This document shows positions 1-15,048 of a DNA stretch of 64,000 nucleotides, piece by piece. The stretch is from the NCBI GenBank assembly GCA_028023455.1, contig JAQFVV010000001.1:2914001-2978000 (forward strand), read 5' to 3'. The notes below the pieces were generated by a model, which did no database searches, was not told the DNA's origin, and saw only the letters and a list, made by a program, of their open reading frames with translations. Within the stretch, counting starts at the first letter, position 1; every line of letters starts with the position of its first letter. The translations under genes were made by a program, and so were the position numbers. The DNA is from Epiperipatus broadwayi. Taxonomy: Eukaryota > Animalia > Onychophora.

Positions 1-75
1 ATGGACAGGCTTCAATCTACTCCACACTCCAACTCTTCAACCATCCATCCAATTGAAAATCTGATGATGAAACAC
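1..75 (-). repeat. Inverted copy of the family A central segment (continues beyond window start)
   Basis: 1-72 is the reverse complement of about 397-468 (ATGGACAGGCTTCAATCTACTCCACAC...). Confidence 0.8.
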
Positions 76-289
76 TCAAAGGCCACCCTGAGGCCGAGAT
101 TTCCATCACACCCATGTTGACCCAAGATCAATCTGACCCCTCATGTACAGGACATAATCCATTTAATACACATAGAAGGGATGGGCAGACATCTCTACTT
201 ATGTAATAGCTTAAACACACAGGTTTATATATACCTGTGTCTATATATGTAATATATAGGGTATATGAGCACAGACTTTTACATGACCT

Positions 290-590
290 GCCACTCTCAA
301 CACTATCTCATAACACTGATACACTCGAACACATATGTTGAAAAGATAAATAATCACCAATATATGTATTTCATGCTAAACAAGCAATCATCAGCGTTTC
401 ATCATCAGATTTTCAATTGGATGGACAGTTGAAGAGTTGGAGTGTGGAGTAGATTGAAGCCTGTCCATTAAAGTATGAGGTTTGGCTATCTTAATATATA
501 TCTGAGCACTTATAGCATATATGTGTAGAGATGGTAATCTGGACCAACTGATGATTGTTGGTTTAGCATGAAATACGTTTATTTGTTAAG
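290..590. mobile_element. Family A hammerhead-bearing foldback element, left arm partly deleted
   Basis: Arms and centre align with 21880-22352. Hammerhead motifs at 356-394 (-) and 543-586 (+). Confidence 0.75.
543..586 (+). ncRNA. Minimal type I hammerhead ribozyme motif, family A (decayed stems)
   Basis: ACCAA CTGATGA TTGTTG-GTT-TAGCAT GAAA TACGTT TA TTTGT. Core nucleotides intact. Confidence 0.7.
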
Positions 591-1529
591 TAAAAGTGTA
601 ATATATATATATATATTGTTTAAGAATATGTAATTAAAAGTTGGAATAGTTGCATTGTTTTTTTTAATTGTTAATATTTATAATTTATAAAATTAAACTT
701 TTTTTTAATGTATAAAATATACAATAGAATAAATTTCTTTTATATGAAGTTGTTAATAAATTTAAGCAAAAAAAAAAAAACACACACACATATCAATTAT
801 AATAATACAGTAAATTTATAAAACAAAATATTTTTTTTAAAAAATTAAAAAATAATTTAAATTTTAAATAAAGTTTTCTTTTAAAGAAATATATATATTT
901 TAAATTAATCAGCAGTATGCTTATTACACCATGTTAAGCTCTAAGCTGTAGTACTTTATTAATCAATTTAAAGAGAAAACATATTTGTTCAAATATTGTT
1001 TAAGATTTCATCAAAGTTCTGAATCATCTCTGTATAAGCTGGATGCTGAACTTAAGCTACTGACAATGTTCACATTAATTGGGATAGTAAATGATCTTGG
1101 ATATGAGGGTTAAGTATACCAGCATGTCTTAGAGAATAAATCTAAGTACTGTTTTCAGACAACTAATCCTTCTTATTTATTTCTTTTTTTTTATCTTTCT
1201 GCTTTTCTTTTTCCTTTTTAAATTTATTTTTTCTTTTATCTATCTTGAGTCATGTCTGTTAATATTAATCAGTCATTATAAATCTATCATGTCATTGGTT
1301 ATCTCTATATGCTAAGAGCAACAATGGATTATGTCTCTCATGTAATCATACTTCCATATTCTAATTACTCATACTATAATTCTTAGTAAAATCTATCATG
1401 AATTTTACAAATAGAACATTATAAAATAGACAAACTACAATTTCCAATCTATTAATTGCTGATATGAATGTTAAGATGCAAAAATTATGTTATTATTTTA
1501 TAAAAATGGACAAAATTATTTGTGAAACT

Positions 1530-1600
1530 GGGCAGGATAGTATAGTGGTAGAATGATCAGCTCCAGAGCCAAAGGTTTCTGGATCAAAACTCCCATTTTT
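1530..1600 (+). mobile_element. Degenerate tRNA-derived SINE head
   Basis: TAGTATAGTGGTAGAATG (A-box-like) ... GGATCAAAACTCCC (B-box-like). Related minus-strand remnants near 30200-30260 and 58990-59060. Confidence 0.4.
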
Positions 1601-3959
1601 CTAAGGCTCAAATATCATCTATCCAGTCATTTTAATTATTAAAAGATGCTAATTATGGAATGAATTAAATATTTCTACAGACTTCAAAAATCACAGATAC
1701 ATATGTAAATTATAATTTTCAAACACACATCATTGGTTTGAAATGTACAAACTTTCAGAATGGGGGGGGGGAGAAAAATTAAAATGCCATGAAACATTTT
1801 TATAACTTAAATAAAGCATAAACTCAAGTTATTGCATTGCAATCACACTTACATGCCAACTATATATTCATTTTTTTAAAATTAAATTATTTTATTTGAT
1901 TAATGTCAGCTTCATATTGCACAGCAGAAAAGAATATAGGCTGCCATTTCTTTAAGGTGAATTAATTACAGTCAGTACTAATTATCAAAATAGTTTTCAG
2001 CCATGTTCATAGAGATTTCCACTAAAAATCATAAGCAGTTATCATTAATTCATTGAGATATTCAAATGTATATTCAATGGTTGGACAAAATAATATAAAA
2101 TCTTCCATATCTTTATTAATATTGAATAGGATTATTACTTCTGTCTTTATTTTATTTGAGATTGAGCAGTCTCTAGAAAATTTCATATTTCATGGAAGAA
2201 AATCCTATAGTTCTCTGTTCGATAACATCAAAGGATATAGTCTATTCATTCAATCAACAATGGTTCACAAAGTCTCAAAAATGGAAAAGATTTTTCAGTT
2301 GAGAATTTGAAATTATGTGCTGTAATGGGAAATGCTAATACAAGAAGTGGAAAATATTTGTAGCATTATGTCATTAGAAATTTCCAGTGATGTCTTGAAA
2401 CTATGTATATATAGGTATTCAAAATGTCAAAATCTGTCATGCTTTGTTGTATAGGAGTGATTATAATAAATCATGATAGTTTCATTTCCATGATTCTTTA
2501 GCTGAAAGAAGTCAATAGGATTTTTTTATTGATAGCCAGATATTAACTCTTTCATTGATTGAGAAATATGTGAACAATGATTCATATAATAATATAACAT
2601 GTTTTTAATCATTGATTGCCCACTTTTAAACAAATTTCAATATTGTTTTGCATCATAATATTCATATCAATAACTAGCAGATTTGAAATAGCAACTTGAG
2701 TCATATTTGTTCTGATTGTGAAACTCGGTAGATTCTTTTAATAAATATTAAAGGCTTTGAATGTGAGAATATAGTCATTTGATTCTTTGAGGTGTTTGTA
2801 TTTCTGGCTGCAATTTCTATAATGTCTCTTGTTTTTTGCTTTTTTCAATAAGCATTGATATCTGATCATATTCTAGAGACCATTCAATTTAAGATATTAA
2901 ATAATTCTGTAATTTGAATCCTTGAGAAGCTCACTATTTCCTTTCATAAGTTTATAAAACTGATGGAAAATGCTTACCTTTTTTTTTTTTTACTATACCA
3001 AGAGAATAAATACTTTGTCGAATAGTTAGTTGTTATTCATTAGGAAGACATGTTTGTGTTCAATTTTAGAGTCATGTAATGTCAAAATGCAAATAATAAT
3101 GATGGGTGTTTTTGTTTAAATTCTTATATACATGCACACACGATTACTACATAAACACCATTATGAAATATTAACAATGTATATACAACGTTATAGATTT
3201 ATATTTACTCTTTTTCAAGAGTTATTCTGTGTTGAAATTTGCGTTTAATGTATGATTTAATTTTTTTTTTTTACTAAGTTCTATATACAAATATAATTTT
3301 TTTTATTACTAAGTTCTACTTCAATAATAATCAATTTTTAATAGTCTCTTGACTTCAAAAATATTCATTTGGATTTATTCAATTATTTTAACTGGAAAAC
3401 ATGAGTCAGAATATTTCTGGTAATATCTTTATTAAAATATAATTAGATGCATAACTACCGTATTTAATTAATTATCATTTCTAATAAGTTGTTGTAACTA
3501 TAGAACTTTTGTAAATGAATGGTCGTAATGAAAGTTGACTTTTAACCTTCCTGTCACATGATTTTCTGTAATGAAGCGTCTAGAACAATCATTAAAGTAA
3601 AGACTACTAATTTAACAATTTCGATCTTTATGAATTACATTTATTTCGTAAAATGCAAATACGGTAAATCTAATTACATTATTAAAAATTAAAAGCAAAT
3701 ATAACATTCTTACTCAATTAAAATCTATTATGATCTTTATATTTAATAGCTTTCTAATAAGCTTTTTAATCTGGTTAGAAAGAATTTTATGAAAAAGGTT
3801 TTTTTAATACTTTTTTTTTTTTTTAAAGTTTACAAATTTTACTTGTAAACAATAATACATTTTTTATCTTTTTATATATATTTTATCCGAATGGTGTAAA
3901 AGTAATCGTGCAATAATGTATATCCATTTTTATTTTTTATTTCTTCTAATCTGTTACAG

Positions 3960-3971
3960 GTATTTAGAACG
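3960..3971 (+). other. Candidate 12-nt micro-exon (GTATTTAGAACG; VFRT or xYLEx)
   Basis: Long T-rich tract, CTAAT branch-like motif, TTACAG acceptor, 12 nt, then ACG|GTGAGT donor. Confidence 0.45.
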
Positions 3972-4010
3972 GTGAGTCTGTGTGAGGAGTGTGGATTCTG
4001 AAACTATATT

Positions 4011-4066
4011 TGAAAAAAAATCTTCTCGTTTTCCGGTCGATGCTTTGACATATGAAAAAAAATCTT
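4011..4066 (+). mobile_element. 5'-truncated tRNA-derived SINE with target-site duplication
   Basis: 3' part CGTTTTCCGGTCGATGCTTTGACATATG matches the 46744-46839 element. Flanked by direct repeat TGAAAAAAAATCTT (4011-4024, 4053-4066). Confidence 0.65.
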
Positions 4067-7000
4067 GAAAAGGTGAGCAGAGAACATGGTAGGAAATATT
4101 TCATATTGCTGCAACCAACATGGCTCAAAATTTATCATATCAGAGAAACATTTGATGTATTTTAAAATGTCCTCTAACATTATTGTAGCTTTCTGGAACC
4201 TGTTTTCATAACTATAGCACACTGTTACACAAATTCTATTTAGTTACTAAAAAAAAAAAATATTATAGTTACTAATGTTGAAAAATATTTGCTAGAGAAA
4301 CTAATTCAAATCATCTAAGGTGTGAAGCTTCCTCTCAAACAACTCACATTATATGTTTTGTAATTATGAGTCTGTGTCACATTGCTAGATAGTCTACAGC
4401 AAATAATATTTGAATGGTCATTTCAATTATTATGGTCAAATGAGAATTTTTATCTTTCCAGTACATACAATTATGTTTGTGGCTTTATCACATGATTCCA
4501 TATTACACATTGTTGTCCAACAGCATATTCTTTTTTTCAACACTGCCATAACACTTTATGCAAACTTTTAGTAACTAAAATAATAATGTTTATTAAATTC
4601 CTACCCAGTGCTATCTTATCCACTATTCACAGACTCACTTCTAGATTATGGTTTCATCAGTGAGAGCTTTGAATCTTAGAACAGTGCATTTATACCTTTA
4701 GTATATATACATTTCTTTCTAGCAACCATCTTTTACTTCTCTATTTTATTATCAAGCTATCAGCTCAAATTGAAAAATGCTTAAATGTTTTCAGTCTAGA
4801 TAACTTGCCTGTATAGTTATATTAATCTGAAATTAAAAAACTGTCCTTAATTTTTGACAGCATAGAGGTGCCTATGATTGTTAAAAAAAAACTAAGGACA
4901 TCATAATATATGGATATTGAAATGGTTTTAGATCTATATGGCTATATAGGCAAGTTAGCTTAGATTGAAAACAAATGTTTTCAATTTGGGCTTATAGCTT
5001 GATAGTAAAACAAAAAAGTTATACAAGGTTGGTAGAAGATCATAATGATCCAAGTGCACTGTTCCGAGATTCAAAGTTTCTCATCCATAAGCTAAAAAGT
5101 AATCTGAGGATATTGGATAAGACAACACTAGCTATGATTTAATAAGCACTATCATCTGGCATCTATTACTTTTTAAAAGCTTATATTAAATGCCAAAGAA
5201 ATGTTGAAAAAAGTAATTATTTCTGTTCATATGAGCTATTTTTTCCAAATTTTTCTCTGATAAAAATTATTAGATGTGTTGGAAGAGTAATGTTGCTACA
5301 CTCTGCTTACCACTTAACATTTTCAGTTTACCAATAATCTTTTAAAATCCACTTCTGTAGTTTTTCATCTCATAATCCATTACTATTCATACTCTCTAGC
5401 TCTCAATATCTGTAAAATTAAAAAAAATAATAAAATAAATAAATAACTTTTGGCCTAAATGTATTTAAAATTCAACATTCCATATTTATATTCTTTACAA
5501 TTTATTGATTGCAGTTATACTTATATTTGGATGTTGTGGTAACTGAGTCAATGTTATTACAAATTATTTTCAAATATTTTGTTATTAGAAATAACATAAA
5601 TATCATCCTTCATCATAGAATAACTTTTCCAAGCTTTTCTATGCACATTTCTTTTCAAATACTCACAGCTATATCTTTCTTTAATACAACACATGTCAAT
5701 TTCTTTTTATGTATTCTTCATAGTTGTCCTTCATCATAAAGTATTTTTCTATTAATAACTTTTCTCTTATTAACACTTTCATATATTAACTTTATACCAT
5801 TTCATTCTATCTTTGAAGCCATTGTTTTTCCTCCCTTCTTTTTGCATTCTAAATAAAATAACATATTTGTTTTCTGAGGTAATTTTAATTGATAATTAAA
5901 TGACTTTTTACTTTATTAACAGCCTTTTATATGTTTTATTCTAATTTTATATCTTATAACTTACACTATTAGTTAGGGTTTTTTTTTCCAAGTATGTAAC
6001 TTGTTCTAACTTCCTGCTAATTAATGGTCATAATTTTCTTTTTCTTCTTCTAATGTTATTGCTAACTAATTCTATCAGTATTACATATTTAACATTTTGT
6101 TAAGCTATCAGCAAATCTAATGCAAATAATCTTTCTTCTTCCATGCTAACTTTATTCTCAGTTTAATCAACATTCAATAAATTTTCTAAAACAATATGAA
6201 GTTAAGTTGTGAGATAAATAATTTTCTCATATACTTTTTTTGAACTAATATTTTTTGGAAGAAAATTATTTAACATTACCATTAGCTTTTCTTCATATAT
6301 AAATTTCATATGCATTAGCAGTAGTAATTTATTTTATTTACTCTATTCCAGAGTTATTTTGATAACAAGTTCTAGTGTCATATCCAGATCTTCAGAATAA
6401 TTTCTGATTATTAGTTGTCTTCACTGAGGAGCAAAAGTTATGCTCAAAAATAGTATCCCCTTTTATTTATTTTATATTATCTACACCAATAGCTTGAGAT
6501 TCAAATATCTTAAGGTTTAATCTTGAGAAAATTTATTTGTTTAGTTATATATGGTTGACTCTATGTAGTAATTGTATACTACAATACTTCAGTTTTATAT
6601 TATCTAAACACATTTTTTATTTTTTATCTTGGATATTTATATTGAAAGTCTACATTTGGAGCTTAATTCATTCTATTTATTTTATAACAGTCTTACATAT
6701 ATAGTAAATTTAAATAATCAGTGAATATCCAGTAGTAACACTATATTTGCATATGTATGTTAGTTTTCTGACTATTGATCATCTTCAATGAGTATAAGGA
6801 TTTTCACTCCACACCAAGAAACTATCTTTTTTTTTATGATTCACACTAATAAGCTATATTAAAATATTTTATAATTTTGAATCTAAGCTAATTTTTTTTT
6901 TTATAATAATGTAGATCAAACACTAAACCACTAGCTATATAAAATATTTCTTTAGGCACTTTTCATCTTCATATTTTGAAAGATTGAATAATAATAACAA

Positions 7001-7280
7001 ACTATTGCAAATAATAAACTTCATTTTTACTGAACTTACCTTTAGGTGGAGATTCTAACATACTGTATATTTATTCACCCAAGTAGTAATTAAAAATTAT
7101 TTTTTTACAAGAAGATTTAAGCTAAAATCTAATTATTAAAAATTTCACTTGTCAAATTAATGTTAACACTAATAATAATCATATACTCTATTGCAAAACG
7201 ATCAAGGGTTGTTTAAGCATTAAATATCTAGTTAAACACAGCAATTCCAATTCATTGACCAAACTAATTTTTTTTTTCAG

Positions 7281-8369
7281 CAGCGATTCATACCAGGTAT
7301 CTTTACCTCTTGAGCCAGCTAAAATACATCAGACTTCTGTTAATGGGTGGCTTCTGTTGAGAATGAGAGGAAGCATATTAAAGCTATAACTATATAAATG
7401 TATAAAGTTCATTTCTGACAAATATTGGCTCTAGAATACTTTAGCAAATATGACTGGTTTTTTATGTTTAATTTTATATTATTTGTTTTTATTTCAGGTA
7501 ATATCCATAAATATTTAGATAGGTGTTGCTTATACATGACGAAGATATATTGTATTTTCTGCTATTAGCTTCTTTTTTTTTCATATAATTTATTTATATA
7601 TATATATTTGTTTGCATTGAGTACCATGATATTATACATTGTTGTTTTATAAATACAATTTCACATGTTATTACATTCACTTTCTTTTTTCTTTTCTTAA
7701 TTGTTTTTCTTTCTAATATTTTAACTTGTAGAAAACTGTTATCCAATTAAATTAAGAAAAAAAAGATTCAAAAAAATGTTTTGAAACAATTAATTGTAAA
7801 TTTATAATTTTTTTGTTATATGAGTTTATCTAATTTTTACTTTGTAAGCTATCTTTATGTACAGTAACTTTGTAGTGGTGTGTTAATGCTGGTTTTCACA
7901 GGTGAGAACTGTTATTTAAAATCGTCGGAAGATCGTGGATCAATTTCTTTTGAATTTAGCAAATTAAATTATTATTTGCTAGTGATTACTATTATAGAAT
8001 ATTTTCCAGTGTACAAATTTTTAAAATTATTTTTAAAGTATTATTATTTTAACCCCAGCACTTATTACTGGTTATAAAAAATAATTTAATTGTTTTTTGC
8101 TTTGGGTGTTCGTAAGAAGTTAAAACACTGGAATAAATAGAACCGTAATTCATAAATATTGGCTCTAGATGCCAATACTATCATTGCACTAAATCACAGA
8201 GTGGTTAAATTTTACGATGTAAGTGCAAAATGTTAAATAAAATTATTGTAAGAAGTTGGCAAACATTGGCAAACTAGCCGTCATATTGTGTTACAATTGT
8301 TGAAACTATAAATGGGTTTACATTTTATTTAATTTTGTGTAACTAGAAAATGTTGTAATGATAACAAAA
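7281..8369 (+). other. Cluster of candidate small exons: 7281-7296, 7498-7522, 7876-7901, 8169-8218, 8347-8369
   Basis: AG/GT-bounded segments of 16, 25, 26, 50 and 23 nt. The first four join in frame after 3960-3971. The region retains CpGs. No homology recognised. Confidence 0.3.
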
Positions 8370-8719
8370 GTAAGTCTGTATTATTAAAAATTTGATAAAT
8401 TAAAATTAAGTAATTGGTATAACATTTAATATTATTTCTAATATAGCTTTTGGTATTTAATATAATTATATATATATAAGTTACGTTATGATTATTTGCG
8501 TCATTTCTATTTACATATATAATTTACTATTTTCTATTCTAATTTTTTTAAGACTTAATCATGAAAGCAAGAATGTTCTCAAATCAGCTGTCAAACAAAG
8601 AATAAGAAATAATAATTTAATTTAAATAAAGTCACTTTCTCTGTATTCATTGTTAAAAATGATTGCTTCTTTCTATATCCTCAAGTTACCACATATTCTT
8701 GAAACATATATATATAGTT

Positions 8720-8983
8720 AATGATAATATGTTGAATTATTTCCATCAGGTATCATTAAATGTCGAATATATAGAAAATTTTAAATTTTATTTAAACTTT
8801 TCAAATATAATCAACTTGTTAGTAATAACATACAAACAGACAACACAGGCTAGTAATTACACAGTGTTTCGAGTAGTAGTATTCTCCATTCTTCTTCAGG
8901 TGTTGCTGATCTGACCAATGACAATATTAGCATAGGAGTCAAACTTACACCTTTAGATTCTCAAATATCGAATTTTAAGGCAA
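8720..8983 (-). mobile_element. Family E tRNA-head SINE-like repeat (body); head continues at 9608-9625
   Basis: Aligns with 24190-24430, 36310-36450 and 59290-59570. TAGCTCAGTTGGTTAGAG (tRNA D-arm/A box) lies on the far side of the inserted MITE. Confidence 0.65.
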
Positions 8984-9607
8984 CACTTTTCTCAACTTTT
9001 TGCTGCGCAACTCAGTAGATTTCATTGAAATAGTTCTGCGACCCAAATGTTTATTACATAAATTATAATATAAAATAAAAGAGATTTTACATCAGCATGG
9101 TATATATATGTATATATTCGGATCAATTTGATAATATTTATAATGAACAAATAATTTGCAAGTTAAAAGTTGAGTTAAAGTTAAATTACATATTTTTAAT
9201 TTAAAAACCTTAACACATTTTGTTAATTGCCAAAAAAAAGCGTTCTTTTCAAATAAGTTTTTATTTATATATAAAATACAAGCAAAAATTAATTTTCCAC
9301 CACTGGCGCTGGCTGACACTTTGGCTGCATTAATTTTAGTTGCATTTTTGGTCGCATTTTTTTGAACAATTACATCTTGAAAATAATCGCAAAATTTAAC
9401 ATTATGATTATTTAACTTCAAATTTACAATTGAATTTGAGAAAACTACACAAAGCATAGGTAATATTACTTACTAATTTTTTTATTAATACTAATATTTT
9501 CTTAAAATGTAAAAATAATTTTGCTATCAGATATTTAGATTTTTATTTCTTGGTGCTTATTCGCGACCCATTAAAATTTAACGTGACCCAAAGGTTGAGA
9601 AACGCTG
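8984..9607. mobile_element. Non-autonomous hAT (Charlie/Buster-like) MITE
   Basis: Imperfect TIRs CACTTTTCTCAACT / GGTTGAGAAACGCTG, subterminal GCGACCCA motifs, CpG retained. No matching 8-bp TSD seen. Confidence 0.65.
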
Positions 9608-10099
9608 CTCTAACCAACTGAGCTATTCTGTCAAAGACAATGGATAGTAGAAATTTTGTATATTTATATATCAGGGTTAGTTCAAGACCTTCTGAGTCCT
9701 TCAAATTTTTTTAATGCTTTTTTCTAGGAGCAAAAATAATTAGAGGCTTCCTTACATTGTGTATTATTACAATATATATATAGTTTTTTTTTAAATTTCT
9801 TAAAATACTTATTAACTTTTGAACAATAATAAGTAAAATATATTGAGTTTAGCTAGTGAGAATATGTATAAATTCTAATTAAATCTATAATTAGCCTTAA
9901 GTAATTTATTTAAACATTTGATCAAATACTTCTCTTGTGCTTTTATATTCTATTGCTTAATACTTGGTGTGCTTATTGATTATAAAAAAAAATTTTTTTT
10001 GGGACTGATTCAAATATCAAATTCTTAAGTGTAAATCTGAAATCCATAATATTAGAAAGTTTATAACATTGGTTCAATGAACAGTAAACCATAAGTTAA

Positions 10100-11560
<1,461 letters not shown>

Positions 11561-11633
11561 TGTGATTGACCCGACTCTTATTTTTATATTAATTGAAAAG
11601 AAAGGAGAATAAGTAAAAATTATATATATATAT

Positions 11634-14600
11634 TGTAACCCTCTAAAGTGGTCCCCAACTCCTTAACGTAAGTGCACTGAGAATCATAACCTCGATCACT
11701 GATCACCTCCCGCTACACATTGTCAGCTATTAAGAGCTGTATCCAAAAGCATATTATGCTATCTATTTTATGCACCAAGGACCACAACCAACATCTGGAA
11801 CAACTTATCACAGACCAAACTCATGATCTAACATAAACTTTTATGATTCAATTTGATCGCAGCCAGGGTGTACCACGATGACCTATCATAGTAGTATGAT
11901 AAAATACAGTAAACAAATTATAAGTGCAATGTTATTATGTTACAAACCTTAATTTGCGATTTTTATTGTATGAGACCCGATGGCCGACCATGTACAAGAT
12001 GGCATAATTTGTAAAACTACATACGATTATGAAATTTTAAACCATCTATATGATTTTTAATACAAATGCTAGTCTAGGTAAAGCTTTGCAATAAATAAAC
12101 ATAAGTACTTGGGTTCCTTTTTATAGTTTACTATATCACTGAGACTCTTTTATACTGACAAATGACAATTTAAAATGTTAAGTAAATATATTCAATCATA
12201 TCATTATTTGGTAAATCTGTTTTTAGGTTTACTAATCAATTTGTATTGTATACTAGATCAACTACGCAAAGCCAAAATGATGGAAAAGGTAAATGGGATT
12301 CTATTGTACCTTACACATCATAAACTACCAAAGACGAAAAGCATCTAAAGTTTTCTCAAATATCACTAAACTCTTATATCATGTTGACGATAGTATGTAC
12401 TTCAATGTATGCTCTATCCAAGGTTTATGATTTCTGATTTTAAGAATGACACATAGCAACGGCACAGTAAGTCCAATTATAAATCAACGTTTATTTACAA
12501 ATTTATGAATAATAAATAATTAATTCCAATGTTATAATTAAAAAACATAAATAAACAAATAAATAAATAAATTATAATTCCATCGACTTTCTTCACTAAC
12601 ATCTCATAGGTACGGTTTTAAAAACCTAATCATACATTATTTCAATTTGATATAATGAATCTTGAGCAAATTATAATAAATTCAACACCAACTCATGAAG
12701 TATTCAACATCATTTCCAGATTCAATAAATCCATACCGTAACTTATAATAATTATAAATAATATTATATCTGTAGGATTTAGCTATAATGCAATCATTAA
12801 ATAAAATGAAAATTTAAACTTACACTCCGGTAAATAATAATCAACCGACAGTTAATTATTATGAAGTAACTTGAATAGAATGTCCTGCTACAATTTGATG
12901 ATCTAACTTGTAAATTATACTTACAAATGGAAGAAGATGATTTAGCAGATTAACTAAAATACTTTGCCCAACTTATATCTATGAAGTAAAACATATTCCT
13001 GTGGATGCGTTCATCTACACATAGGAATTAAATAATACTAAACGCTTTGTGGATTGATACACCATCATAAAGTAATATGTATAATTACACAATTCTGCGG
13101 ATTAACCACCAGCGCTGGAATGAGTGTAAAATACAAAAATGGCAATTAAATAATCTGCGGATTAACCACCGGCACAGATTAATGCCTTTCAACATTATAA
13201 AACAACATTATTATTTACTTCACATTAAAGTGCAAAATCATCCTCCTCAGTTACTCTGATCATTCAGAAAAACACTAACACTTTAGCAAATGTGGGTTCT
13301 TGCCTAATAAAATGTTACACTAATCAGGACAACTAATGTACTAACTTATCTTGCTTAAAATAAACATGTGTAATACAATATAAGTAATATTAGTATAGGA
13401 ATATAAATCTGGAAAGACTCACAAAATACCTCACAAAGATTGATACATCTCATGAATTCATTTAGTACTTTTCAAGCCCCTTTCGCAAGCGCTATTCTCT
13501 TGAATAAGTATTTTATTCAACCCCTATTAATTTAAACTTGATAAAATATAACTTATGAACTTCACATGCAAGTTCATATAATGATAAAATTAAAGCAATG
13601 AATTATTCATCAAATACATAAAATCTAATGGGTGTGTGTGTGATATAAATTAAATGTATAGCATTTTATAGTTCAATACATTAATTTTAGCAGGTGTGTG
13701 TGTCACAAATTTGATTGTATAGCATTTTATAACGACAAATATCTGTGAAATCCATGTACGATGTGTTGAACAATAAATGTACGAAGTAATAGCTATAATT
13801 ATAGTTGAATTCCAGACATATAATTTTATCCATTTGTTAGTTATTATCAGCAATATTAGATTAACGATTTTTACATGGCTCCATAAACATGAAACAATTT
13901 CAAAACATGACTCGCAGAATTTAAATGAAAATGTTTTTCATAAGTTATTAATCTCTACATTTCTCTATTAAAAATGTTCCAAGTTTATCACATCCATGCT
14001 AAATATTTATTTATCCACGCTTAAATCTAGGAATAATAATTACAGCAATTAATTCAATCATTCCAAACTGACGATAAAATTTGAAAATAGCTTTGATCAA
14101 TTATTTGAAAACTGTTTATTATCCAAATGGCAAACAAATTAATTAGCAAATATATTACTGGCATTATAAAGTTAAATATCAATCAATACTATATTTTTAT
14201 TAGAATTTGAAACGGAAATATTAAACTATGTTGATAACTTTAACATTTTACTTTAATTTAAACTTCTTCTTTTTTAAAAAACAAATTTTCATATTTATAA
14301 AACTTTTGTAATTAAAATACTTATTTAATTTTTCCAAATTGTAGAACAATAAACGTTTTAAAACATACCAAATTCTTGCAATTAATTCTTTTAAACTGGG
14401 AAGCTCCGACATTTTAAATGTAATATTAGGAAATTATTACCGGTGATTTGATCCACTTGGCCAGCCGACTGGAACAGACTTTTAAATTTAGCAATTCATC
14501 TTATAATTAAATACCACGATATTATTTTTATGTTTATAGAAAATTAGTGGTAATCCGTTTACTTATTAACTATTTTAAATAAGCTTATCAAATTTACACC

Positions 14601-15048
14601 ATTTGCCTTTTTACCATTCTCTTTTCTTTTTCTCCCTCCAAAAGTAAAACTAACAGACGATCTTCTCTTAAATTCGCGCTCTTTTCTTTTTTTACATTGA
14701 GACGCTTACGTAATTACTGTATTTATTTTTAATAATTTATTTTAATTGAACAAATGGTTTTGTTAATTAAAATGAAATAATTTTTAAGATCATTTTAAAC
14801 AAATAAAAATAAAGTATTATATTTTAATACTATTTTACCAAATTTAATGTGTTGTTAAAAATTTTTAAAAGTTAAACATTTTGATATGAATTAGTATATG
14901 GAACGAATCAAATTTAAGTTTATTAAAATAATATAAGAGAGTAATCTGTTCAAAGTGAAAATCAAGCCAATCAAATCACCAAAGAAGATAGAGAAATTTT
15001 TCATACTAGTTACATCAATTATTATATTTTATGCTAAAATATATGGTT

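Noticed and set aside
6421-6460. CTGAGGA GCA...TGCTC AAAA hammerhead-like string
   Set aside because: Stem I cannot form, the stem overlaps the core, and it lies in LINE-like debris.
14064-14095. CTGACGA...GAAA hammerhead-like string
   Set aside because: No real stem II and no UH at the required position.
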